DNA of 63,990 nucleotides, filler included. It is 9 parts of 9 records of this genome, joined end to end, with 100 filler letters (N's around TTAATTAATTAA, not from the genome) between each part and the next. Parts side by side here need not be neighbours in the genome. Positions count along the whole stretch, not along the records: positions 53,084 to 58,847 come from SRR31147125_59228; positions 58,948 to 63,990 come from SRR31147125_60176; 7 more parts are not named here. One strand, written 5' to 3'. Made by a program: the position numbers and the translations under genes. Shown piece by piece: positions 53,084 through 63,990 of this stretch; the stretch's first letter is position 1, and each line of letters starts with the position of its first letter. Below the pieces are notes generated by a model. That model saw nothing but the letters and a program-made list of their open reading frames with translations. It searched no databases and was not told where the DNA came from.

Positions 53084-54538
53084 TTTAACCTTTCCGGTAT
53101 GGGTAAAGACGGCAAGGACATAACCAATGAATTAACCTATTTGCTTCTAGATATTATTGACGACATGAGTCCAATCTTAGAACCAAAGCCAAATGTCAGA
53201 CTTCATAAAAACTCACCTGATAAATTGCTGGATAAGGTCATCGATATGATAATGTCTTCACAGGGTGCACCCTTTTTGCTTAACTTTGATGAGCGCTCTA
53301 TGGCAGGAATGTTAAGACAAGCAAAAAAGGCAAATCTTGAGAACCTAATTAATATAGACAATGTGTACGACTATGCATCAGTAGGCTGCCTTGAAAACAC
53401 AATGGTAGGCAATGACAGGTCGGGCACTGTTGATAGCAACTTAAACCTATTAAAAGCCGTGGAACTTGTGTTAAATAACGGTAAAGACCTGATTCCGTAT
53501 ACAGACCCCATGACAGGCAAAACGGAAAAAATTAAAACGGACGGCATACAGACAGGATTTTATTCAGACCTAAATACTTGGGAAAAATTCTTTGATGCTT
53601 ATAAAAAACAAAATGCATATATTATCAAAAAAATTGTAGACCTTTATGAAATGAGTGAATCACTTAGAGCAGAATTTGCCCCGACTCCTTATTTGTCTGC
53701 ATTAGTCAAAGGCTGTGCACAAAGGAAAAAAGACATTACGCAAGGCGGTGCAGAGATTAATTTAACTACTATTGAGGCAGTTACTTTCGCTACAACAGTT
53801 GATTCACTGCTGGCTATTAAATACCTGGTCTATGATAATAAAATATGCACTTTAGAGCAATTGGTTTCGGCGCTGAGGGATAATTGGGAGGGTCATGAAT
53901 ATCTGCAGGCTATCGCTAAAAATAAGGCTCCAAAATACGGGCGTGACGACAGCATTGCAGATAGGTTTGCGCAGGAAGTTATGGATATTTGGACAGAGGA
54001 GACGTGGAAACACAAAACCAAAAGCACAAATAGAATTTTCAGACCGGGAATGCTTAGCTGGAATTACTGGGTAGGCGATGGCTTCATTATGGCGGCAAGC
54101 GCAGACGGAAGAAAGCAAGGGCAGTTCCTATCTAATGCCATATGCCCGTCTAACGGCGCTGATACAAAAGGGCCAACAGCCAATGCAAACTCCGTAGGAG
54201 TGGCTTTAGGCGGCAAATCGGAATCAGGTGATTTTGATAACTATAAAAACTCTTTGCCTAACGGAGCAAGCCATACTATAACTTTTTCAGCTTCTCTCTT
54301 AAAAAACAAAGAGTCTAAAGAAAAATTCAAAGCATACTTAAAAGGCTATATCAAAAACGGCGGAACTGCACTTCAGATAAATATCTTAGACAGCAACATG
54401 CTAAAAGAAGCGCAAAAGAATCCGGAGGATTACAAACATCTTTTGGTCAGAGTCACAGGATACAATGCCTACTTCACTTCAATCGGCAGAGAGCTGCAGG
54501 ACGAGATTATTTCTCGTCAGGAACATGAGGGTATGTAA
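53084..54538 (+). CDS. Glycyl radical enzyme (PFL2/eliminase-like), C-terminal part
   Basis: Cys loop SVGCLEN, APKYG, ASADGR, and glycyl loop LLVRVTGYNAYF. Confidence 0.92.
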   Translation, partial: FNLSGMGKDGKDITNELTYLLLDIIDDMSPILEPKPNVRLHKNSPDKLLDKVIDMIMSSQGAPFLLNFDERSMAGMLRQAKKANLENLINIDNVYDYASVGCLENTMVGNDRSGTVDSNLNLLKAVELVLNNGKDLIPYTDPMTGKTEKIKTDGIQTGFYSDLNTWEKFFDAYKKQNAYIIKKIVDLYEMSESLRAEFAPTPYLSALVKGCAQRKKDITQGGAEINLTTIEAVTFATTVDSLLAIKYLVYDNKICTLEQLVSALRDNWEGHEYLQAIAKNKAPKYGRDDSIADRFAQEVMDIWTEETWKHKTKSTNRIFRPGMLSWNYWVGDGFIMAASADGRKQGQFLSNAICPSNGADTKGPTANANSVGVALGGKSESGDFDNYKNSLPNGASHTITFSASLLKNKESKEKFKAYLKGYIKNGGTALQINILDSNMLKEAQKNPEDYKHLLVRVTGYNAYFTSIGRELQDEIISRQEHEGM

Positions 54539-54545
54539 GATAAGT

Positions 54546-55492
54546 ATGAAAGAAGGAGTAATTTTAAACCTGCAGAGAATGTCCACCGAGGACGGTCCGG
54601 GGATAAGAACCACAGTGTTTTTTAAAGGCTGTACATTAGCGTGCAAATGGTGTCACAATCCTGAAAGCATTAGTTTCAAGAAAGAACATGAGTGGTTTGA
54701 ACCAAGGTGCATACGGTGCAATACCTGCATCACAGGTTGCAAAAACGAAGCAATCAGTTTTGAAAATGATAAACTGCAAATAGATGAAAGTTTATGTGCT
54801 AAATGCCTTAACTGCACTTTAATTTGCCCTACCAATGCATTGGAAGCCAAAGGCAAAGGTTGGTCCGTAGAAAGTCTATATGATGAGCTTATTAAGGACT
54901 GTGCATATTTTGAAAATGGAGGCGGTATTACGTTGTCAGGCGGTGAGGTGCTGGCCCAGTCGGACTTTGCATATGAAGTATTAAAGAAGCTAAAAGATAA
55001 AGATATTCACACTGCCGTCGATACATGCGGCAATGTGAAATTTGACAGCATTGAAAAAGTCTTTGATGTGACCTCATTATTTTTATATGATTTAAAGATA
55101 ATGGACAGCAAGCAGCACAAAAATATACTGATGCAGACAATAAGCTGGTTTTAGACAATTTTAAAAAGCTGGCTGATAAAATCAGGCAAAATAGGAATGT
55201 TAAGCTTTGGGTTAGAACACCACTTATCCCTGACTCAACTGACACTCTGGAAAACATAAAGGAAATTGCCAAATTTATTGCAGATACTTCCGCTGATGTG
55301 CTGGATAGATGGGAGCTGCTGTCATTTAATAATCTATGCGCATCAAAGTATGAAAGACTAAATAAGACATGGGAATTTAAGGACGTGCCTAAGCAAACTA
55401 CAGATTATCTTGATAAAATTAAGAACATTGTAGCAGGCTATATAGAACTTAGCGACAAAGCATTTATAACAGGCAGCGAAAGCAAATTGTGA
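54546..55492 (+). CDS. GRE activating enzyme (radical SAM with ferredoxin insert); -1 A near 55119-55123
   Basis: DGPGIRTTVFFKGCTLACKWCHNPES, two CxxCxxCxxxC motifs and GITLSGGE; the frames join as KQHKK-YTDADNKLVLDNF...VRTPLIP. Confidence 0.9.
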
Positions 55493-55502
55493 GGTTAAGA
55501 AT

Positions 55503-56330
55503 ATGAAAAAAATTAGTAAAGAAGCTATTAATGAATTTGATAAAACTTATAAGGTTGCATTGGTCGGCACAATAGACGACAAAAACGAGCCTCATTTATC
55601 CCTGATTACCACATTAAAGGCAAAGGATGAAACTACGCTTACAGCGGGAGAATTTATAACCGGTCTGTCAAAATCCTTTATGCAGGAAAGAAATAAGGTG
55701 AGTTTTCTGGTAATGAGCCTAAATAAAGACTGGTGGAACGGCAGCGCACTGTGGAAAAATAAAAAAAAGTCGGGAGAGGATTATGAAAAATATAATCAAG
55801 TTCCTATGTTTCGCTACAATACGTATTTCGGCATACATACCGTACACTATTACGATTTAGAAAGCATATCCCAAAAACATAAGCTCAATATGACGGGCAT
55901 TATATTCAATGCAATTTTAAATATTTTTGCAAAACCATTATTTAAAAGAAAATCAAATCCTAGTGCACTGACAAAATGGTCATACGATTTATTAAAGGGC
56001 ATTGCAACTCTTAAATTTATATCTTTTATCGACGAAGACGGTTTCCCAATAATTTACCCTATCGTTCAGGCACAGGCATGCGACAGAGGCAGAATAGTTA
56101 TTCCTATGCATCCTTATTTCAAGGAATTATCCCAAATAAAAAAAGGTACAAAAGTTGCTGTTATGGGGCTTAATCTTGATATGGAAAATGTTCATCTGAA
56201 TGGGACTTTCGGCGGTTTAAAGCAAACCATATTCGGCAAAATCGGATATATCGATATAGAGCGTGTTTACAATTCTCTTCCTCCGAAACATGGATATATT
56301 TATCCAGTTATGAATGAGGCATCACAATAA
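55503..56330 (+). CDS. Tandem pyridoxamine-5'-phosphate-oxidase-like (split-barrel) protein
   Basis: Two repeats, ALVGTIDDKNEPHLSLI and KFISFIDEDGFPIIYPI. Confidence 0.7.
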   Translation: MKKISKEAINEFDKTYKVALVGTIDDKNEPHLSLITTLKAKDETTLTAGEFITGLSKSFMQERNKVSFLVMSLNKDWWNGSALWKNKKKSGEDYEKYNQVPMFRYNTYFGIHTVHYYDLESISQKHKLNMTGIIFNAILNIFAKPLFKRKSNPSALTKWSYDLLKGIATLKFISFIDEDGFPIIYPIVQAQACDRGRIVIPMHPYFKELSQIKKGTKVAVMGLNLDMENVHLNGTFGGLKQTIFGKIGYIDIERVYNSLPPKHGYIYPVMNEASQ

Positions 56331-56526
56331 CACTGTACTTGTATTCCTCTTGTACGTTATTAATCAGTAAGCAAAAAGAGCGTTTTTATAAAACTCCCGC
56401 ACTCATTAAGGTATTAATAAGAATAATTTCTCGTATTAACATTCAGGTCAATCCCTATGAAAAACTCTCTAAAAAAACAATTTCACTAGGGAATCTTTAC
56501 TTTGGGCTGCTTCCTATTAAATACAC

Positions 56527-56558
56527 AAAAACACGCTATGATTTTATACCATAGCGTG
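56527..56558 (-). terminator. Intrinsic terminator
   Basis: CACGCTATG...CATAGCGTG followed by TTTTT on the minus strand. Confidence 0.7.
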
Positions 56559-56583
56559 CTCTGTATCATTTAACTCCGTTTAT

Positions 56584-58034
56584 CTATTTATACTCCGCAA
56601 AGTCCATTACCTTAAATTCTTTCATATTAAACTGTGAGTTATTGCCCATCCACACTTCAAATGTCCAGTTCTGCTCCGCAAATATGCTCCTATCTTCCAT
56701 CCCGACCATGCCTTCAACTAGATGAAATTCAATATATGTATTATCTTCCGGATTGCCTTCCTGCCATATTTTAAATCTTACATCACCATTAATATTAATT
56801 GCCATCAAAGCATAATACCAAGTATCAGCATGCAATACAAATTCATTTGAACCAACATTTTTAAACAACGTCATCCCAAAGTCGGGACGTTCGACTATTC
56901 CGTATGCAGGCTCAGCTCCGTTCATAAACGTAACAAATGGAGTTTCTTCACTTAAAAGGTTGTTTTAAAGTTGATTAATACAGCCTGACTGTAGTTGTCT
57001 TTTCTTTCGCCTTCAGGCACAACATCCAACAATGGCGTAAGGAAAATAAATCCACTGCTGCTGTCCCTTGTGATAAACTCAAATCCATCTCCCGGATTTT
57101 TCTCATCAACATCTGAATAGTTATTATATCCATTTTCCGGCAAACTGTCTAAATCGTCCTGATATAAAACCTGTGGCTCTGCTAGAATTTCCTCTACTAT
57201 TCCCATAGGGTCTGATTGTTGATTGTCGCCTTGATTTTCATTTGACATTTGAATATCGCCGGTAAATCCATCAAAGTCTACTATTCTATATTCTTCAACG
57301 AAAAGCGATTGGTTTGATCCAAAGCTCATTATAAAGTTCCAGTCGCAGCCTTCTGAGCCTGTATGATCTTCATAATATGCATTGTTTTCATAATTTCCGT
57401 CTTCCCAGACAACAGAGCGATAAGCTCCTTCACCATCTACAGCCATAATAGCCCAGTACCATTTGTCGCCTTCTAATGTGAGATTTGTTTCCCTGTATTG
57501 TGAGTATGGTGCAGTATAAAAATTATTAAAGTTTGTATAGTTTGGCTGACCATTTTCAAAATTAAGGTATATTTCATTGTCGCCCATCAGAACAAACTGT
57601 AAAACATCAGTATCGTTAGGCATAAACTTAATCATAATGCCTTGACAACCATGGCGGTTGCCATAATTCAAGCTTTCATTCCTTCTAAACCACGATCCGT
57701 CATTACCTGAACCAAATATAAAATAGCTTCCGTCATCGCTAGGCATTTTAACCTCTGTAAAGGCAAACATCCCACCCGTGTTTTCTGTCATAGAATTTAC
57801 ATCTTCACCGTTGACTACCTGTGGGTCATTTAATATAGTTGCAGCCATGTTCATTGGATCGTTTAGATCAGACGTCGGTTCTGGGGTAGGTTCCTCCGTC
57901 ACCTCTGGTGTTACTTCCTCCGTTGGTGCATCAGTTGCAATTGGTTCTTCTGTTGCTGCGGTTTCTTCAGGTTTGCTGCATGACGCCGCAAGCAACACTA
58001 CAGCAAGCATAACTATCAAAAACTTTCTTTTCAT
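56584..58034 (-). CDS. Lipoprotein with a P/T/E linker and two internal beta-rich repeats; indel near 56960
   Basis: Lipobox LAASC; repeats LEGDKWYWAIMAVD...VWEDGN and LHADTWYYALMAIN...IWQEGN. Confidence 0.7.
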
Positions 58035-58057
58035 CTTTTCCCTTTCTCTCTACTTTT

Positions 58058-58847
58058 TTATATCGGCTCCTGCCCAAGCATTTTGAGCAAAGAGTTAATA
58101 TCATTTTTTTGTATCAGCTTATCCTTTATGTTTTCCTGTACCCATGTTTCAAGATGAACTTTATCATCTAATATATTTATGGTAAGCTGAGTCTTTGCAT
58201 TTCCATCATCAAGACTAAACCAGTATACTATATCATTTGAACTAACTTGTGCTGACAAAATACTTTCTTTAAACGCTGACTTTTTTGCCCAGCTATCTAT
58301 AACCTCGTCTATACTTCTAACTGAACAAAAATCTCTTATTGTTTTAACTCGATTTTCCAAAGTCTCACCTTGCCTTTTATTAAACACTTCACCAACAAAT
58401 TTATTATAATTATTGCCAAAGCTCATTTTTTATTATTTTTTCCGCTAACACCCTGTCTGTTCCAGCATTTTTTATATTATCTAAAATGCCGTTGATATTA
58501 TCTTGTTTGTCTTTTCTCATTATCCTATGGTCATATCTGGATATGCAAGAATGAGTATCCAGCATCCATTTCCCATCGACTATTATGCTTGTATCTTTTT
58601 TTGGATTTTTCCAAGCATCATTGACCATGAATTTAATTTGCTTCACTACATTTTCTTTGATAGTTTCATTTATAAATTTTCTTTGCTCTCTGTCCATTTT
58701 ATCTAAATCAGTACCGGTCTTTTTTATTTTTCTCATTCTGGCAAACCAGCTAATATATGAGATTATTATCATAAACGGCAATACTATTCCTACGCCTAAT
58801 AACGCTCCTATAGACAATAATCCGCCTGCTGGAAAAGCCTGAAAAAA
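58058..58847 (-). CDS. Hypothetical membrane-anchored protein (5' truncated; probably split near 58425)
   Basis: Two overlapping same-strand ORFs meeting at A-runs; N-terminal TM segments. Confidence 0.5.
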
Positions 58848-58947
58848 NNNNNNNNNNNNNNNNNNNNNNNNNNNNNNNNNNNNNNNNNNNNTTAATTAAT
58901 TAANNNNNNNNNNNNNNNNNNNNNNNNNNNNNNNNNNNNNNNNNNNN

Positions 58948-59616
58948 GGGAAACCCCTTGAACCTTCTGTAAGGATGGCATTGGAACAAAAGGATATGTT
59001 GGATGGAGAGGGGATGAAGATGAGACAAGCTTTTGTTGATAAAATTGAGGGCAACAATATTCAGTTTAGTGCTGAAGATGGTGTGTTAAATCTTAATAAA
59101 TCAGACGATGGCAATTTGAAGTTTACAGTGTCGGGCATAAAATGTGAAGGTCCGGATTTGGTAGTTGCCATGAAAATAATGTGTAATCCCAGAGCAGGAT
59201 ATCCAAAAAAAATGCCACGACTTTTAAATGTAAATCTCAGTAATAATACCGATTACAAATTAATGTCGTATGTAAACGATGATTGGTTTCAGGCAACATT
59301 CTATTTCCGCGACCTGACAGAAAAATACATTGACCTGCAATTTGAACTCGAATCCGGAGAAACTTTCTATTTGAAGGAATTTACCGTACATGCGTATCCT
59401 GATGTGGTGTACAGACGCTTTGAAAATGGAATTGTTATTGCCAACCCTTCTCTACACAACATTGAATTTGATTTGAAAAAAGTAGCGAAGGGTGCTGATT
59501 ACTATCACATAAACGGCAGCCAGGACAAAAATGTTAACAATGGTAAAAAGGCAAAAGGAAAGCTTATAATAGCCGAGCGGGCGGGACTGTTTTTAGAAAA
59601 AAGAATCATAAACTAA
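58948..59616 (+). CDS. C-terminal part of a putative glycoside hydrolase-type protein
   Basis: VYRRFENGIVIANPS...GSQDKNVNNG tail; polysaccharide-locus context. Confidence 0.5.
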   Translation, partial: GKPLEPSVRMALEQKDMLDGEGMKMRQAFVDKIEGNNIQFSAEDGVLNLNKSDDGNLKFTVSGIKCEGPDLVVAMKIMCNPRAGYPKKMPRLLNVNLSNNTDYKLMSYVNDDWFQATFYFRDLTEKYIDLQFELESGETFYLKEFTVHAYPDVVYRRFENGIVIANPSLHNIEFDLKKVAKGADYYHINGSQDKNVNNGKKAKGKLIIAERAGLFLEKRIIN

Positions 59617-59629
59617 ATTTAGAAATACA

Positions 59630-61562
59630 ATGAAATCTAATTATTCAATATTCAATAAAAAGCTACATCTATTACTAATTTTATTGGTAATTATTTTACA
59701 AGCTTGCTCTTATTCAGAGTTCAGTAGCCCATATTCAAAGCTTATAAAATCACCCAATAATAAGATTGCCTGTAAAATTTCCCTTGAACAGGACAAGGCT
59801 TATTACCAGTTGGTGGTAAATGGAGATAAGGTGGTTGAAAAATCATCGCTAGGTCTTGTTTTTAACACAACCTATTTTGAAAATGGCTTTGAGTTCTTAT
59901 CGGATGAGGTTTCGCAGAAAGATACTACATGGCATCCGGTGTACGGCAAAAATTCGGCAATACATGATAATTACAATCAACTAGCAGTCACTCTTTCTGA
60001 CAAGTCAGATGAAAATAGAATCTTAAAAGTCTATTTCCGCATGTATAACGATGGAGTGGCTTTTCGATATGAATTGCCACAACAGTCAGGGTTCGATGAT
60101 GCGAAAATTATAGGAGAAAAAACTACCTTCAGTTTTGCAAAGGACTATACTGCATGGTCGGTTTTGGAAGATATAGAATGGGCAAATCCCGGACCACTTC
60201 CACTAAGCAAACACAACAATGTAAAGCTTCCTGTCACCATCGACGCAGGAGATTGTTGGCTTTCGGTAAACGAGGCTGCCTTGTTCAATTATAGTCCTCC
60301 AATTTTTACTTCAGCTGATAGTAGTCTGGTAAAAACATTCTCGATTGATACCGTTTCTGTTGATTTGCCATTAAAGACTCCCTGGCGCGTAATTCAAGTG
60401 GCAGAAAATGCTCCAAAATTGATAGAGTCTGATATCCTTTTAAACTTGAATGAACCTTCTAAAATTGAAGATACATCGTGGATTATTCCTAAAATGTATG
60501 TGGGATTGGAGGTGTATAGGAGCAAAGGTAGGAGATTTCACTTATGGGATTAACTCTGAAAGTTTTAAGCGTTACATCGACTTCGCCTCGGAAAATAAAA
60601 TAAAATATGTGCTTTACGATGCTGCCTGGCGAGTTGATGTTGCAGAAGAAATGCCAGGGCTCATCAAGTATGCCAAATCGAAAGGTGTAGGTATATGTTT
60701 GTATTTCGACAGACAAAGAACGTTTGTAAATACTCAACTTGAAGATGTAATTGAAACTTATGCTAAATGGGGCGCTATAGGTATAAAGTATGGGTTTCTA
60801 GTGCGCGAACCTGAAGTGAAAGAAAAAGGCATGGCCTATTTTGTGCAACGGGGACAGGAAATAGTGGAGCTTTGTGCAAAACATAAAATGCACATCAACT
60901 TTCACGATAACATTTATCATCCAAGTGGCGATGAAAGAACATGGCCACATATAACAGCACGCGAATATTGCTGGGCCAACCAGGATCACAAAGATTCATT
61001 CTTACCCTTTACCGCGGCAACTGTACCCTTTGTGAATAACCTATCGGGCGGACTCGATATTACCAATGGCTTTTATGAAATTAACGATATTCAAAATCGT
61101 GAAAAGTGCGATAAAAAAGGCTTGTTTAGTACTGTTGTTTCCGAAACAGCACGTTGTATGGTAATGTGGGCGCCTATGCTTATTCTTGGAGATCATGGAG
61201 ATGCTTACAATGCCAAAGCCGATTTGTTCGAATTCATAAAAGAAATGCCCGATACCTGGGACGAAACAATTGGACTAGATGGTTATCCGGGTGAGTTTAT
61301 TACGGTTGCCCGCAGAATAGGTGAAGAATGGTTTGTTGCTTCGGTAAACAATGAAGAAAAGCGTGAAATTGATGTTCCATTAAATTTTCTGGGAGAAGGT
61401 GAATACAAAATAACCTTGTATGCCGACTCCCTCAATACGCATTATAAAACGAATAAAGAAACTTATCAGATAACGACAAAAATGGTAACCCAAAACGATG
61501 TTGTTAAAGTTAAAATGGCAGCAGGTGGTGGACACTGTATGTGGATTAGAGTTGAAGAATAA
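59630..61562 (+). CDS. GH97 glycoside hydrolase (lipoprotein); frameshift near 60490
   Basis: FRMYNDGVAFRY, TPWRVI, NLNEPSKIEDTSWI, YIDFASE, INFHD...ERTWPH and DTWDET motifs. Confidence 0.88.
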
Positions 61563-61621
61563 AATAATACCCGATAAAAATGAATAGTTACAAAAACTAT
61601 TGGTTCTAAGTAGATACGATT

Positions 61622-63091
61622 ATGAAAAAGGTTAGTTCAGAAATATTATTATTGGTCAGGAGAAGGGAAGTTTTATATTTTAGCGTTGCTATGGTAATGT
61701 TTGTCGGTCTACTTTCCGGCAACATTGCCAGCGGCGCCGAAAAACCAAACTTTGTATTTATTATTGCCGACGATGTTAGTTGGGATGATTTTGGATGCTA
61801 TGGGAACGAACATGTTAAAACTCCAAATATCGATAAATTGGCTAAAGAAGGACTACGTTTTGAGAATGCTTTTCTTACCTCAAGTTCTTGCAGCCCTAGC
61901 CGTTGCAGTATTATCTCTGGAAAATATCCGCATTCTAACGGAGCTGCAGAATTGCATACCGAGTTGCTGGAATCGGAGATCCCGTTTCCTCTAATGTTAA
62001 AAGAAAATGGTTATTATACGGCCCATGCCGGAAAATGGCACATGGGTAAAGCAACACACCGTGCTTTTAACATTTATACCGATAAAAATGGTTACGATAA
62101 TGGTAATGGAGGAGAGGCTAACTGGATTCCCTTTCTGAAAGAACGCCCGAAGGATAAACCGTTTTTCTTTTGGTTGGCTTCTTACGATGCACATCGCCCC
62201 TGGGGAGCCGATACATTTAAGATAAACCATAATCCCCAAAATGTTGATATACCCGTATTTTTTGCCGATACGCATGGCACCCGTCAGGATATAGCTTCTT
62301 ACTACAACGAAATTAGCAGGTTTGATTATTACGTAGGAAAAGTAAGAAAAGAACTTGAAAAACAGGGAGTTTTACACAATACGATAATTATTGTAATGGC
62401 CGATAATGGCCGGCCATTTCCGAGGTGCAAAACACGTGTGTACGACAGCGGTATGAAAACTCCTTTCATTGTGTTTTGGCCCGCGGGATTAAAGAAAAAG
62501 GGTGCGCAAACAGAAAGCCTTATTAGCTCAATTGATATTTCGTCTACTATTCTGGAGTTGGCGGAAATTGCACAGCCAGAAAGTTATCAGGGCATTAGCT
62601 TTGTTCCCATCTTAAAATCTGCGAAAGCAAAAACGCGTGAATATATTTATGCTGAACACAATTGGCACGACTACGAAGCACACGAACGAATGGTACGGTC
62701 TAAGGATTTTTTATATGTACTGAATTCACGACCAAAGCTAACTAATGGCGGACCTGCTGATTCAAAACAATCAGAAACACAATTAGCTCTTAACCAAGTT
62801 CGGGATGAAGGCAAACTTACTCCTGCCCAGGCTGATGTTTTTGTAGCTCCCCGGCCTAGAGAAGAATTATTTGACCTTTCATTGGATACGTTGCAATTAC
62901 TAAATGTGGCTTCAGTAGAAAAATACAGAAATAAGTTAGCAGTCATGCGCGAGTTAGTGAAAAAATGGATGGAAGATACAAACGACACCACTCCGGAAAA
63001 CCTTACTCCTGACTGGTTCGACAGAGAAACAGGAGCTCCTCTAAAAATAGAACGAGTGCGGGGAACCATGCCTGGAACAACTGCCAATTAA
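61622..63091 (+). CDS. Formylglycine-dependent sulfatase (Cys type)
   Basis: KPNFVFIIADD, CSPSR, GKWH, DAHRP and ADNG motifs. Confidence 0.95.
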   Translation: MKKVSSEILLLVRRREVLYFSVAMVMFVGLLSGNIASGAEKPNFVFIIADDVSWDDFGCYGNEHVKTPNIDKLAKEGLRFENAFLTSSSCSPSRCSIISGKYPHSNGAAELHTELLESEIPFPLMLKENGYYTAHAGKWHMGKATHRAFNIYTDKNGYDNGNGGEANWIPFLKERPKDKPFFFWLASYDAHRPWGADTFKINHNPQNVDIPVFFADTHGTRQDIASYYNEISRFDYYVGKVRKELEKQGVLHNTIIIVMADNGRPFPRCKTRVYDSGMKTPFIVFWPAGLKKKGAQTESLISSIDISSTILELAEIAQPESYQGISFVPILKSAKAKTREYIYAEHNWHDYEAHERMVRSKDFLYVLNSRPKLTNGGPADSKQSETQLALNQVRDEGKLTPAQADVFVAPRPREELFDLSLDTLQLLNVASVEKYRNKLAVMRELVKKWMEDTNDTTPENLTPDWFDRETGAPLKIERVRGTMPGTTAN

Positions 63092-63104
63092 TGATGATTG
63101 ATTT

Positions 63105-63990
63105 ATGAAAACTCACAAGTTGGTTATTTTAAGTTTGTTTGTGTTGTTTTTGATTTTTTGTTCATCTGACGCAAATGGGGAAAGAATTGAATGGGATTTA
63201 CAGGAACGCTGGGGAGTGAATCAGGAAGGTATTGCCAGTGCCATTAGTGAGGCCATAAATCATTTTGAATCTTCTCCAAATGATTCAATCATAATTGTGA
63301 TTCCTGAAGGTACTTTCAATATTGGCGGCAACAATAATCATTCAATTAATATTTCAAATATAAAACCCGGACAACAAGGGCGTTTAATATTTAAAGGTGC
63401 AGGAAAAGATAAAACTACTTTTGTTGCTACTGACCGCGAGGAACACTCAATTTATGGTCGTTATATGTATCGCATAACGTTTGAAGGGATACACTTTTCA
63501 CGCGATTATTGTGCCGTTTTGCAAGGCACAGTTGTTAGTTCTGCCACTGGTGAAGTGATTCTGGATCTGCATGATGGCTTTCCAACTCCTGATTCTCTTT
63601 GGCAATATGGTATCGGTGGAGACTGGGGGCTCTATTTCAGAAAATACACAGACGATATTGATAATCCTCAAATTTTAACTGAAAATAACGACCAGATTGC
63701 CTGGGACAAAGAAGGGACATATAAAATTGAAGGTAGACGATGGAAATTTGCACTAAGGCAATTGCAACTAACCCCAAGTTATAATTCTGGAGATATTATT
63801 GGTGTTAAATTAAAACATGGAGGGCAAACATATTGGTTAGCTAATGGAGGAGCCATTACCTTCAAAGATTGTAAATGGACCCAGAAAACGCGTGGTGTTT
63901 TACGTTTGGGAATAAACAACATCAAATTTATTGATTGCGTTATCGAGCGTGGACAAAGGGTTGGTGGCCGGGTTCCATGCCTGGCCTCCC
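63105..63990 (+). CDS. Secreted right-handed beta-helix protein (GH110-like), 3' end cut by window edge; absent from the ORF track
   Basis: Manual translation MKTHKLVILSLFVLF...IVIPEGTF...LIFKGAGKDKTTF...ITFEGIHFSRDY...QGTVV...LHDGFPTP; open to the window end. Confidence 0.7.
   Translation, partial: MKTHKLVILSLFVLFLIFCSSDANGERIEWDLQERWGVNQEGIASAISEAINHFESSPNDSIIIVIPEGTFNIGGNNNHSINISNIKPGQQGRLIFKGAGKDKTTFVATDREEHSIYGRYMYRITFEGIHFSRDYCAVLQGTVVSSATGEVILDLHDGFPTPDSLWQYGIGGDWGLYFRKYTDDIDNPQILTENNDQIAWDKEGTYKIEGRRWKFALRQLQLTPSYNSGDIIGVKLKHGGQTYWLANGGAITFKDCKWTQKTRGVLRLGINNIKFIDCVIERGQRVGGRVPCLAS

Noticed and set aside
57860-57970. Low-complexity repeats on the DNA
   Set aside because: They encode the P/T/E-rich linker of the lipoprotein.
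9173-58947. Eight identical TTAATTAATTAA motifs flanked by N-runs
   Set aside because: Artificial contig linkers. Adjacency across them has no biological meaning, and ORFs running into them are truncated.
23341-60495. About 17 frameshifts that could suggest programmed frameshifting, phase variation or mass pseudogenisation
   Set aside because: Nearly all are single-base indels in homopolymer runs, spread across unrelated contigs and ordinary genes (tyrA, ABC permease, activase). Sequencing or assembly error is the simplest explanation; raw reads would settle it.
97-63087. Numerous short ORF-track entries overlapping larger genes (for example 97-282, 18823-19233, 26429-26797, 62671-63087)
   Set aside because: Antisense or off-frame shadows with no RBS or motifs.
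1-63990. CRISPR arrays, tRNA/rRNA genes, transposases and integrases
   Set aside because: No regularly spaced repeats, cloverleaf or rRNA-like sequence, and no recombinase motifs seen.

Overview
The window is a concatenation of nine unrelated contig fragments. They are joined by artificial 100-nt spacers (N44-TTAATTAATTAA-N44) at 9173-9272, 14344-14443, 20993-21092, 32325-32424, 40525-40624, 47585-47684, 52984-53083 and 58848-58947. (1) 1-9172 is Clostridia-like: a class III aminotransferase divergent from a TetR gene, a methyltransferase behind a probable leader-peptide attenuator, YibE/F, a SplB-like radical SAM enzyme, YwaF, two unannotated small ORFs and an APC permease. (2) Bacteroidota porU-porV (type IX secretion). 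(3) SusC/SusD plus a GHMP-kinase/UDP-sugar-pyrophosphorylase fusion with a GalU-like partner. (4) A Gram-negative contig: a sigma54 activator, enhancer, IHF site, sigma54 promoter, structured leader and an atypical sigma-like/zinc anti-sigma pair; then a module of pseudo-receiver, DUF4388 and pseudo-GTPase proteins; then LPS and tRNA-modification genes. (5) A Tat-exported FAD oxidoreductase, rapA, a GH16 gene with a displaced duplicate of its 3' end, and LacI. (6) A Ser/Thr kinase, a GldAFG-like ABC exporter, DUF4340 and tyrA. (7) A NACHT-WD40 STAND protein translationally coupled to a hidden ~510-aa ChaN/TIKI-like 'GGFH' protein. (8) An uncharacterised glycyl radical enzyme, its activase and a tandem split-barrel flavin-type protein, plus a repeat lipoprotein. 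(9) A GH97/sulfatase/beta-helix polysaccharide locus. Many genes are split by single-base indels in homopolymer runs, most likely sequencing error, and were reconstructed by hand. All family assignments come from motif recognition, not database searches.
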